From: Burkholderiales bacterium
Lineage (GTDB): Bacteria > Pseudomonadota > Gammaproteobacteria > Burkholderiales > Burkholderiaceae_C
DNA: 64,000 nt
Direction: 5' to 3'
Assembly: GCA_037143475.1 (NCBI GenBank)
Contig: JBAWYQ010000001.1
Span: forward strand, 30,927-94,926
The position numbers were made by a program, and so were the translations under genes. The notes beneath the pieces were generated by a model, which saw only the letters and a program-made list of their open reading frames with translations, had not been told where the DNA came from and made no database searches. Below, one piece after another: positions 1 through 8,846 of this stretch (position 1 is its first letter; each line of letters opens with the position of its first letter).

Positions 1-440
1 AGTATCCACGTGACCCACATCAAGTTTCAGGTCAATGGAAATACCTTTACCGCGCCGTCGACCGGGACGGCGACACTGTGGATTTTCTTCTCACCGCCAA
101 ACGTGATTTAGCTTCGACCCGCAGGATGTACCCAAGAAAATCACCACTGACAAGAGCGCTGCAAATACGGCGACCATTGAAAGCTTCAAGGCCGACGCCT
201 GCTTCGACATCGTGATGCGCCAGAACAAATACATCAACAATATGGTCGAACATGACCACCGGGCCATCATGCGCCGCCCCCGACAATGATGGGCATCAAG
301 TCGTTCCGGAGCCCAGGACCCATCATCGTCGCAATCGAAACCCTGTACATGATTCGCAAAGGGCAGATAGACTGCCCCGGCGGCCAAACCATGTCTGCGG
401 TCAACCAGTTCTACAGCCTTGTCGCTTTTATCGTCCCGCG
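1..440 (+). pseudogene. IS6-family (IS26/IS6100-like) transposase remnant; 5' end cut by window edge, at least two frameshifts
   Basis: Reading three + frames in series gives SGQWKYLYRAVDRDGDTVDFLLTAKRD / KKITTDKSAANTATIESFKADACFDIVMRQNKYINNMVEHDHRAIMRR / MMGIKSFRSPGPIIVAIETLYMIRKGQ. These are collinear with the conserved C-terminal half of IS6 transposases, but there is no intact ORF. ATTGCGACGGAATCC at 471-485 loosely resembles an IS6 terminal inverted repeat. Confidence 0.75.
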
Positions 441-484
441 GCCAAGAAACTCGTTCAGACCGATATCACTATTGCGACGGAATC

Positions 485-2026
485 CTAAAAAGCGTATTTT
501 GCTACCAAAGATACTTGATCGCGATCCGTCACCAGTCGATTCGCCGTTGCGTCCGTCGACGCGCTTCCCAAGTAACCCAAGTATGTCAAACTAATCGCAA
601 GGTTTCCCTTGTAGGTAAAGACGGCGCCTAAGCTAAATCGTCCATCTCCCTCACCTCCGACGCTGCCAATTAGGGTGCGCCCATTTACTTGCTTCGAGTA
701 GTTGATTGGAACTGTAAGATCCCACCCTTCAACGAAGCCCGGGTAACCCAAAACAAGGGTGCCGGAAATAGCAACACCGGAATCCGTCTTGAAGTTGAGA
801 CCGCTCATGGGTACACCGTAGTTGCTGTACTTCACCATTGAGACTTCACCGAGCAGTTGCACCGAGTCCGCGATTGGCATACGCCCAATGTTGGCGAAAC
901 CACCGAAATTTAGCTGAGCCACGTCGGCTGGTGTCGGAGTAGCCAACGCCCCAACTAGAACTGGCGCACCTTGCCGATAAGTCAACTCACTGTAGGCGGC
1001 TACGGACCCCAACACTGTACTAACGGTGGCACCGATCACCTTGACGTCCTCGAAGTACTTGATGTTGTAGCTTCCAGAACTTGCGCTTACCGGTTTAATG
1101 ACGGGCAGAGGCATCCGGTCCCGAGCGTTTAGGTAGTAAAGGCCGGCTTCGGTAACCTCTGTCAAACGGTAGCGGGTACCGATACCCCATTGACCAGTGT
1201 CACCCGGTGTGATGTCCGGACCGCGCAACATACCGAAGCAAGTCGGGCCGGCATAAACCCCCAGGCAAGTACCCCCGGCACCCACACCGTCGGATGTATT
1301 CATAAAGGACCCAGGAGCAGCTGCAAACGTCGGATGAAAGCCAAACTGTGCCTGGGCCATCACTGTCCATCGCGGGCTAATCTCTATCGAGCCTGATATC
1401 TGATCCTCCGGTAGCACCGAGTCTTTAGTTTCGGTACCGGGTACTCCCGCCTTTGTGCCATCAAATGGCCCTTGCGACATGGCAATGTTTGGAAAGTACA
1501 CCGCCTCACCCCAATTGACCACGTGACGGCCCAGACGCACTGTGGCGCGGCTTGAGCTACCGACATCGAACGAAGTGTAGCCGTAGGCATCAAGAATGCG
1601 GCTGTAACCACCGTGGTCATGTTGGGCTTCACTTGTGAACTCGTTGAACGGTGCCGGTTTGCTGACACTGAAAGGCTTCATCGGATTGTCATTTGTCCGG
1701 CGGTAAACCGAGTCATAAAAAGTACTCCCAGATATCACTAGGCCTGAATCTCCTTTAGTCAGTTTTCCTTCGATCAAGGCCGAGACGCGATTTGCCGTCA
1801 TGGATCCTTTAGCAAAGTTATTGTCACCATCGTTTGCAGCAGCATTAGCTGCCAGCAGCGGATCCGCATCCTTCATGCGTTGGGCCGCCGTATACGTTGT
1901 CGTCACGCGCCAGTCCAATTTCAGATCATCCCCCAACTCAATGGTTTCACCGGCATGTGCCATCGCTGTTGCAGTCAGGGTCAGAACGGCCACAGCAACC
2001 GACGTCAGTTTGTTTATCTTGGTCAT
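485..2026 (-). CDS. DUF1302-family outer-membrane beta-barrel protein
   Basis: 513-aa ORF with signal peptide MTKINKLTSVAVAVLTLTATAMAHA. Alternating G/Y/T-rich beta-strand pattern and aromatic C-terminus (...VAKYAF). Lies directly downstream of a DUF1329 gene, the usual partner. Confidence 0.8.
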   Translation of the reverse strand: MTKINKLTSVAVAVLTLTATAMAHAGETIELGDDLKLDWRVTTTYTAAQRMKDADPLLAANAAANDGDNNFAKGSMTANRVSALIEGKLTKGDSGLVISGSTFYDSVYRRTNDNPMKPFSVSKPAPFNEFTSEAQHDHGGYSRILDAYGYTSFDVGSSSRATVRLGRHVVNWGEAVYFPNIAMSQGPFDGTKAGVPGTETKDSVLPEDQISGSIEISPRWTVMAQAQFGFHPTFAAAPGSFMNTSDGVGAGGTCLGVYAGPTCFGMLRGPDITPGDTGQWGIGTRYRLTEVTEAGLYYLNARDRMPLPVIKPVSASSGSYNIKYFEDVKVIGATVSTVLGSVAAYSELTYRQGAPVLVGALATPTPADVAQLNFGGFANIGRMPIADSVQLLGEVSMVKYSNYGVPMSGLNFKTDSGVAISGTLVLGYPGFVEGWDLTVPINYSKQVNGRTLIGSVGGEGDGRFSLGAVFTYKGNLAISLTYLGYLGSASTDATANRLVTDRDQVSLVAKYAF

Positions 2027-2050
2027 GAAATATTCCTTGTGGTGCTGTGA

Positions 2051-3436
2051 TTAGTTGCCGGCGCTTCGCGCGGCTTCGGGGGTAAACATTGCGGGTGTCA
2101 GGTCACCTTTGTTCAGCACCGGGCCCTTGTCGCGCTCCTGGAACAGGTTGTAGCCCACATAGCCACCCGAGTTCAGATCGTGATAGAACGCCGTGCCTGC
2201 CTGCCACCCTTCGATGTCAAAAGCGTAGTAGTGGTTGATGAAGGCGTATTGCCACAAGCTGCCACGGGCATCATAAAAATCTGACATGGCGGCCTGCCAG
2301 GTGTCTTCGTCCAGGAAAAGCACGCGCTTGCCATAGAGGTGGCGAAAGCCTTCGTTCAGCGTGCCTTCAACCGCCCACACGCGACGCAATTCCCAACGAA
2401 TGAAATCGGGGTTGGGCACACCGGGCTTGAGCAGGTCCGCATACTTGACCGTCTTGCCATGCACCTTGTAGCCATTGGCCGGCACAAACATCTCGCGCTT
2501 GCCCAGCAGCTTCCAGTTATAGCGTTCGGGCGAACCGTTGAACATGCGGTCGGAGTCGATTGTCATCTTGCCACCGGTTCCGGCCAGGGGTTGGTCGAAA
2601 CCGTACTCGGGCACCTGGCGAACGCGGCGAGTGCCAGGGTCATAGCTCCAGGCCAGGCGCTTGCCCTTGGCAAAGTTCACCGGCTCTTCCGATACCGAGA
2701 CACCGCCCTTGTCACGCTCGGGCAGCATGGTGACATTTCGGCTGTAAGCCATGACGCCTTCGAGCGGCTGGCCGATGATGGACGTGCCGTTGACCAAGCC
2801 CAGATTGGTGTTGCGCGCGCGGCCCCAGGAGATGGTTCCGTTGGAGAGCACATTGGCCATTTCACGCACGCTGTCTTCGTTGAAGGCACGGTAAGGGAAG
2901 GTGTTGTTGGCCAGCGCTTCGTTGCCGTCCTTGGGCATGGGGAACGGAACTGCTCCCTTGACGGCACCCTTGATACCCAAACCGCTATCAGAGATTTCTG
3001 AATTCAGCGCATTCTTCTTAGCCGCATCACAAACGTAGTCGGGATAGCGGAAATCGCGGTGACCGGGATACACATCCATGCGGAAGGATTTGGGGAACTT
3101 CGCAAACAAGGCCTTTTGACCGTCCGACAATTTTGCCGCGTACTGCGCAACGTTTTCAGGGGTAATGCTGTACAACGGCTTTTCGCCAGCATACGGATCC
3201 ACCGGATGTTGGCCCACGTGTTTTGTATACGCAATGCCGGGTGGAGTACCCAACCATTTGCCTGAAAATTCTGGGATGCTGCCATCCTTGTTGGCAGTCT
3301 TTTCAGCGCCTACGCAAGTCAGATCTTTGCCCAGTTTGTCCGCCTCAGCGGCAGGCACCTTGGCCCATGCGGCAGTGGCCATCGCCAGGCTGATGGCCAG
3401 AGCGGCAGTCGCCGTGTTCCCTACTCGTTTAATCAT
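2051..3436 (-). CDS. DUF1329-family (LolA-like) periplasmic/outer-membrane protein
   Basis: The ORF track runs to 3577, but ATG at 3436 has an AGGAG RBS and starts a clean signal peptide (MIKRVGNTATAALAISLAMATAAWA). GAVPFPMPKDGNEA block is typical of DUF1329. Confidence 0.8.
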   Translation of the reverse strand: MIKRVGNTATAALAISLAMATAAWAKVPAAEADKLGKDLTCVGAEKTANKDGSIPEFSGKWLGTPPGIAYTKHVGQHPVDPYAGEKPLYSITPENVAQYAAKLSDGQKALFAKFPKSFRMDVYPGHRDFRYPDYVCDAAKKNALNSEISDSGLGIKGAVKGAVPFPMPKDGNEALANNTFPYRAFNEDSVREMANVLSNGTISWGRARNTNLGLVNGTSIIGQPLEGVMAYSRNVTMLPERDKGGVSVSEEPVNFAKGKRLAWSYDPGTRRVRQVPEYGFDQPLAGTGGKMTIDSDRMFNGSPERYNWKLLGKREMFVPANGYKVHGKTVKYADLLKPGVPNPDFIRWELRRVWAVEGTLNEGFRHLYGKRVLFLDEDTWQAAMSDFYDARGSLWQYAFINHYYAFDIEGWQAGTAFYHDLNSGGYVGYNLFQERDKGPVLNKGDLTPAMFTPEAARSAGN

Positions 3437-3574
3437 CGAAGTCTCCTTGTCATTCATGAATTTCGGCCAGTGCGCCACGGTCCGTGGCAATCGATTCGGT
3501 AGGCTAGCGAGGCGACTGCTGCGCAGATCACACGAATTCGATAATTGAATTGTTGGCGTTTGTCTCGCTTCGCT

Positions 3575-3594
3575 CATCGTCTATTTAGACTAAT
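3575..3594. promoter_or_regulatory. Island dyad site A: CATCGTCTATTTAGACTAAT
   Basis: Intergenic, between the CoA ligase stop (3616) and the DUF1329 start (3436), 139 nt upstream of that start. Near-identical to sites at 49371 and 52757. Confidence 0.55.
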
Positions 3595-3615
3595 GGCGTA
3601 CCCGAGTACGGATAT

Positions 3616-5343
3616 TTATTCCGGCCGCGAAAACTCCCGCTTGAGTATCGACTTGAGCAGCTTGCCTGTGGGATTGCGAGGCAATGGATCGCTGCGCACA
3701 TACACGCGCACAGGCACCTTGTAAGCGGCGAGACGGCCGGCCACAAAGGCCTGCACAGCTGCAGCATCCATATCAAAACCAGGCGCCAATACAACCGCGG
3801 CCACCACCGCCTCACCCGTTATCTCGTCGGCCTGTGAAAATACTGCAGCCTCGATAACTTGAGGATGTTGCAGCAGGCACGATTCCACCTCGGCGGCGGC
3901 AATTTTTTCGCCGCTGCGGTTGATCACATCTTTGATGCGATCAACCACGTGCAGGAAGCCATCGGCATCGAGCAGACCCACATCGCCTGAGCGGAACCAG
4001 GAGTCCTGCAGGGCTTGCGCTGTGGCCTCGGGCTGGCCCCAATAGCCCTCCATCACGGTGACGCCGCGCAGCCAAATTTCACCAGGTTCGCCCGCCGGCA
4101 GATCATGGCCCTGCGGGTCCACAATGCGTATTTCGACGATGGGCGAGGTAGGCCCGGCCGTTGCCGGGCGCAACTGGAACAAAGTGCCGGAAGCGGCCGC
4201 GCCCACGCCATTGGTTTCGGTCAGGCCAAAGCCGATGCCCGAGAGCGAATCGGCGCGCCGCGTCAGCACGTCATCAATCAGGCGCTGCGACAAACCCGCA
4301 CCGCCAAAACCCAGCCCACCCAGCGTGCCGGTGATGGCCGGATCATCGAACGCAACGTGGCGCAACAGCTGCTGAACCATGGCCGGTGCGCCGTTGAATT
4401 GCGTGACCCGCTCGGCCTGTATCAGCGCCAGTGCCGCAACCGGATCCCAGCGGTGCATCAGAACTAATCGGCGGCCGTGGCGCAGCGCAGTGAGCAACTG
4501 CGCGTGCAAACCGCTGACATGGAACAGTGGCACCGCAGACAGCGTGGTGGGCTGCAGGCCACGCGCCATGATGACAGCCAGCGCCTCGGGCGAGGTGATG
4601 GCTGAGATAGCGCCGATGTAATCAATGTTGAACAAGGCCTGGCATACCGCACGCTGATTGGACAACACGCCCTTGGCCTGGCTGGTGGCGCCGGAGGTAA
4701 AGAGAATCAGCGCCGGGTCCTGGGCCGTCAATGCAGGGGGCTGCACTTCCGGTGCTCCGGTTTTGATCAATGCCGGCCATTCATATTTGCCACCCGCCGC
4801 ATCCACCACGATGGCCTGGCATTGCAGTGCTGCCAGGTCAGATGCCACGCGCTGGTGGCGTTCGTGATCGCAGATCAGCCAACCCGGCTTCACGCTTTGC
4901 AGGTTGGCCAGCAACTCGTCGCGCAAGCCAAAGCTGTTCAAGGGCGCCGGCACGGCACCAATCAGGGCCACCGCCGCAAACGCCACGGCCCACTCCGGAC
5001 GGTTACGCATGGCGATCGCCACGCGGTCTCCTGTACACAGACCGTGTTCAGCCTGCAAACGTCCGGCCAGAGCATCTACCGCGGCAAAAAAACGCTCGAA
5101 GGTCCAGCGGTCGTTCTGGTAAACCATGAACTCTTTCGGGCCATGGGACCGCCCCGCATTGATCAGGGCGGGCAGGTTGGTAAATGCGTTTCGATAGGCT
5201 GGTAGCGACTGTTCGCCCCACTGCACTCTTTTCAGCTCAAACGGAGCACCTGGCCCGGTAAGTTGGGCACGGGCTGTGGCAGCCAGCGACAGCAGGGCCT
5301 GCTCTGCGCTTACGCCATTCGTTTGGGAATCGGTAATGGCCAT
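3616..5343 (-). CDS. Acyl-CoA synthetase (AMP-forming; steroid/bile-acid side-chain CoA ligase candidate)
   Basis: 575 aa. AMP-binding motif LILFTSGATSQAKGV, GYWG and SGD blocks, C-terminal PRNPTGKLLK. The ATG overlaps the upstream TAA (TAATG at 5341-5345). Confidence 0.9.
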   Translation of the reverse strand: MAITDSQTNGVSAEQALLSLAATARAQLTGPGAPFELKRVQWGEQSLPAYRNAFTNLPALINAGRSHGPKEFMVYQNDRWTFERFFAAVDALAGRLQAEHGLCTGDRVAIAMRNRPEWAVAFAAVALIGAVPAPLNSFGLRDELLANLQSVKPGWLICDHERHQRVASDLAALQCQAIVVDAAGGKYEWPALIKTGAPEVQPPALTAQDPALILFTSGATSQAKGVLSNQRAVCQALFNIDYIGAISAITSPEALAVIMARGLQPTTLSAVPLFHVSGLHAQLLTALRHGRRLVLMHRWDPVAALALIQAERVTQFNGAPAMVQQLLRHVAFDDPAITGTLGGLGFGGAGLSQRLIDDVLTRRADSLSGIGFGLTETNGVGAAASGTLFQLRPATAGPTSPIVEIRIVDPQGHDLPAGEPGEIWLRGVTVMEGYWGQPEATAQALQDSWFRSGDVGLLDADGFLHVVDRIKDVINRSGEKIAAAEVESCLLQHPQVIEAAVFSQADEITGEAVVAAVVLAPGFDMDAAAVQAFVAGRLAAYKVPVRVYVRSDPLPRNPTGKLLKSILKREFSRPE

Positions 5344-6467
5344 TAAAAACCCCTTAACTGTGCGTAGCGATCGCGGTGGAAGATTCCGTCACCCAGTGTG
5401 TGCTGCAGCATGCGCGCCCGTTTAACAAACAGGCCCAAGTCAAACTCATCGGTAACCCCTATGCCGCCATGCAGTTGCACGGCTTCGTTGAGCACCTTCT
5501 CGCACATATCCGAGGCGCGCGCCTTGGCAATGCTTGCCAGTATGGGCAGGTCGGCAGCATCCGAATCGATAGCTGCCAGCGCCGCACGCACACAACTCTC
5601 CAGCAGCTCCAACTCAACGTACAGGCGTGCCACCCGGTGCTGCAAGGCTTGAAAGCTGCCGATCACCACGTCGAACTGGACACGCTCCTTCAAATACGAC
5701 ACCGTGCGTTCAAACGCTTCGCGAGTCAGACCCATCGCTTCAGCGGCCAGGCAAATGCGTGCACGGTCCAGGGCTGCGTCCAGAGACAACGCCGCATCGT
5801 CAGCGGCGCACAATCGCCTGTCATCTGCCACACGCACACCCTGAAACTGAACGCGCGCACTGTTGCGGCTATCGACCATACGGATGCGCTGCAGCGAGAC
5901 GCCATGGTCTGTCGCGTCGACCACAAACAGGCCCAGGCTTTGGTCCTCCAGACATGCCGTGACGATCAGTTGCTGCGCACCCACTGCGTCCAGCACAAAC
6001 CATTTCTCGCCATCCAGCACCCAGGCATCGCCCTCGCGACGGGCGCGGGTATGCACCGGGCGGGGCGTGTGGCGGCCACTTTCTTCCAGCGCCAGAGCAA
6101 AGCGCTGCGTGCCATCCATCAGGACCGGCAACCAACGCGCCTGTTGTCCGGCGCTGGCACTGCGCAGCAGCAACTCGCCACACAGCACTACCTGGGACAG
6201 CAGCGGCAGGGCCGAAAGGTTACGGCCCATCAACTCAAACACGGTGCCCAGGCCGGCATAGCCCACGCCCAGTCCGCCACGATCCTCGGGGAAAACAGCG
6301 GCAAGCCAGCCCAGCTCAATCGCCTGCTTCCACACCGTCTGCTCATAGCCGAGAGCCACATCGCCATCACGCAGATGGCGCTGTAGTGACACCGGGGCTT
6401 GCCCCTGCAGAAAGTCGCGCGCACTGTCGCGCAACATGCTTTGCTCTTCACTCAATAAGAAAGTCAT
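5343..6467 (-). CDS. Acyl-CoA dehydrogenase, beta-type subunit of a probable heteromeric ACAD
   Basis: 374 aa with an ACAD fold throughout. Lacks the C-terminal (S/T)xEIQxN..A.R.LG.P motif seen in its upstream neighbour. Confidence 0.85.
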   Translation of the reverse strand: MTFLLSEEQSMLRDSARDFLQGQAPVSLQRHLRDGDVALGYEQTVWKQAIELGWLAAVFPEDRGGLGVGYAGLGTVFELMGRNLSALPLLSQVVLCGELLLRSASAGQQARWLPVLMDGTQRFALALEESGRHTPRPVHTRARREGDAWVLDGEKWFVLDAVGAQQLIVTACLEDQSLGLFVVDATDHGVSLQRIRMVDSRNSARVQFQGVRVADDRRLCAADDAALSLDAALDRARICLAAEAMGLTREAFERTVSYLKERVQFDVVIGSFQALQHRVARLYVELELLESCVRAALAAIDSDAADLPILASIAKARASDMCEKVLNEAVQLHGGIGVTDEFDLGLFVKRARMLQHTLGDGIFHRDRYAQLRGF

Positions 6468-6498
6468 CTCGGTCTCTATTCTTTATAAGAAGTGCGCA

Positions 6499-7743
6499 TC
6501 AACCCGGCAAGCCCAGCACGCGCTTGGCAATGATGTTGAGTTGAATTTCGGAGCTGCCGCCGGCAATCGTGTAGCTCTTGGACAGCAGCCAGCTGCGGCA
6601 AATGTCATGCTCGCCGGTGCTAAATTCATCACCCTGCCAGCTTAAAGACCGCTGAGCCAGCACCTGTGTCAGCAGCTCGTACTTGGCAACTTCCTGCTCG
6701 GTCTGCAGCAGCTTCATGATGGAAGCCGGGCCACTGATGTCCTGCCCCGCCATGGCCTGCTCCTTGACCCGCACATGCGTCAGGCCAAAGGCTTGTGCAT
6801 CCATCAGGCAAGCTGCCAGCCGGTCGCGCAGCACGGCGGCCTGCGCCGAGCCCGACCCGGCCTGTTCGGCCTGCAAATAGGGCCGCGCCACGGCCAGCGC
6901 ATCATGCGACGGTGCGCCACCCTCGGTGAACTTGGACATGGCAGCACGCTCGTGCTGCAACAGCTTTTTGCCCACGCCCCAGCCTTCGCCCACGGTACCC
7001 AGCACCTGGCGCACCGGGGTTGTGACATTGTCAAAAAAGACCTGGCAAAAGCCCGACTTGCCACCGATCAGCTCAATCGGTTTGACCGTGATGCCTGGGC
7101 TCTTCATGTCGATCAGCATGAAGCTAATGCCCTGCTGCTTGCGCGCGCTGGCATCGGTGCGCACCAGGGCATACATCCAGTCGGCCTTGTCGGCGTCCGA
7201 GGTCCAGATCTTGGAGCCGTTGATGATGTAGTGGTCACCCGCCACATCCAGTTTGGCCGCGGTTTTCAGGCTGGCCAGGTCGGAGCCGGCGTTGGGTTCC
7301 GAAAATCCCTGGCACCAGCGCCTGCTGCCCTGCATCATCGGAATCAGGTGTTCGCGCTTTTGTGCATCGGTGCCCAGTTCCAGCAGCACCGGCCCCAGCA
7401 TCCAGATGCCCAGGTTGTATTGCGGCTGCCGACAGCCCAGACGGGCCATTTCTTCTTCCACGATGCGGGTCTGGCGTGCATTCAGACCGCCACCGCCAAG
7501 CTCTTTTGGCCAACCCGGCGCAAACCAGCCACGCTCGCGCATGCGCTCAAACCACAGGCGCTGATCTTCATTGGCAAACACCAGCTGTGAGCCGCCCCAC
7601 ACCATCTCAGCAGAGGTTATCGGTGTACGCAGGCTGACCGGGCAATTGGCCTGCAGCCATTGCGCCGTCTCGGCGCGAAAGGTATCGTTATTCGTCAATT
7701 GAAACTCCCATGGGGTGGTGACATCAAACTGAAACGATGACAA
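6499..7743 (-). CDS. Acyl-CoA dehydrogenase, alpha-type subunit
   Basis: 414-aa ORF with C-terminal IAGGSSEIQLNIIAKRVLGLPG. The true start is probably TTG at 7698: GGGAG lies 6 nt upstream, there is a TTGA overlap with the upstream stop, and homology to paralogues begins there. Confidence 0.9.
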   Translation of the reverse strand: MSSFQFDVTTPWEFQLTNNDTFRAETAQWLQANCPVSLRTPITSAEMVWGGSQLVFANEDQRLWFERMRERGWFAPGWPKELGGGGLNARQTRIVEEEMARLGCRQPQYNLGIWMLGPVLLELGTDAQKREHLIPMMQGSRRWCQGFSEPNAGSDLASLKTAAKLDVAGDHYIINGSKIWTSDADKADWMYALVRTDASARKQQGISFMLIDMKSPGITVKPIELIGGKSGFCQVFFDNVTTPVRQVLGTVGEGWGVGKKLLQHERAAMSKFTEGGAPSHDALAVARPYLQAEQAGSGSAQAAVLRDRLAACLMDAQAFGLTHVRVKEQAMAGQDISGPASIMKLLQTEQEVAKYELLTQVLAQRSLSWQGDEFSTGEHDICRSWLLSKSYTIAGGSSEIQLNIIAKRVLGLPG

Positions 7744-8846
7744 CCGTCATCGTCCAGCACCCGGCTAATCAATCCCTCGTAACGCAGCCACGACAAATGG
7801 GCAAGGGTTTCACCCAGGCCCATGAGTTCATCCATAGCATGACGCAACTTGGGGAACTGCACTTGCATCAAATCAAATGCCGTAGCGGATCTGCGCTGAC
7901 CCAGTTCGGCACGCAACAACTCAAATTGTTGCCGATGGTGGGCGTGCAATTCCTCAACCCGCGCGTGTAGACCGCGAAACACACTTTGGTGCGAGGGCAG
8001 CACCAGGGTGTCGGCAGCCAGCTGGTCCAGCCGGTCCAGCGATGCCAGCCACAGCTGCAGCGGATTGGCTTCGGGTTCAATCGGCGAGACCAGCACGTTG
8101 GAGCTGATGCGCGGCAGCAACTGGTCACCGGCAATGAGAATGCGGTCGGTTGCGTTGTACAGGCAGGCATGCTCGGGCGAATGCCCCTCTCCAATCACCA
8201 CCTGCCAGTCGCGCGTGCCGATGGTCAGCACTTCGCCCGAACGCAGGCGCTGGTAACAGGACGGAACCGGCGGCATAAAGGGGTCACGGCGCAGGGCTGC
8301 ATACATCTTCTGCGTCTGTGCCTCGTCCATGCCCGCGCGCTGGTAAAAATCCAGCAGCGTCAATGGCAGCGGGTCGGGCGGCGGCCCCATCAGACCCCGC
8401 AACATGAAGTACTCGCCATAGGTCATGAGCAGCGGAATCTGGTAGCGCTCGCACAGCCAGGCGGCCACACCGGCATGGTCGTAATGGCAGTGGGTGCACA
8501 CCAAGCGCTTGACGGGCAACCCATCCAACCGTGTGGCAACAATCAGCTCCCACAGTTCACGCGTGCGCTCCAGATTCAGCCCGGTGTCCACCAGGGTCCA
8601 GCCATCGTCCTCACGCAGCAGATAGACATTGATATGGTCCAGCGCCATCGGCATGGGCATGCGTGCCCACAAAATTCCGGGAGCCACTTCCACCACCATG
8701 CCATCAGCTGCAGGTGCCTCAAAGGGGTAGTCCAGTGTCACTGAAGCGCGCAAGCGGGACGCTGATGGCGAGCTAGCCACCGAGCGCCTTTGCCATCGCC
8801 TGCGGAGTGATTGGCACATAGCTTCCGGCCGTATCGTCACGCACAA
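7695..8846 (-). CDS. MBL-fold metallo-hydrolase (function unknown)
   Basis: HxHxDH motif (CTHCHYDHAG) and later GHSPEH. The start is uncertain (candidates TTG 8846, ATG 8819, GTG 8780, GTG 8741). The upstream ligase ends at 8773 and homology to the paralogue at 53590-54852 begins at TLDYPF (~8738). Confidence 0.85.
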   Translation of the reverse strand: MCVTIRPEAMCQSLRRRWQRRSVASSPSASRLRASVTLDYPFEAPAADGMVVEVAPGILWARMPMPMALDHINVYLLREDDGWTLVDTGLNLERTRELWELIVATRLDGLPVKRLVCTHCHYDHAGVAAWLCERYQIPLLMTYGEYFMLRGLMGPPPDPLPLTLLDFYQRAGMDEAQTQKMYAALRRDPFMPPVPSCYQRLRSGEVLTIGTRDWQVVIGEGHSPEHACLYNATDRILIAGDQLLPRISSNVLVSPIEPEANPLQLWLASLDRLDQLAADTLVLPSHQSVFRGLHARVEELHAHHRQQFELLRAELGQRRSATAFDLMQVQFPKLRHAMDELMGLGETLAHLSWLRYEGLISRVLDDDGCHRFSLMSPPHGSFN

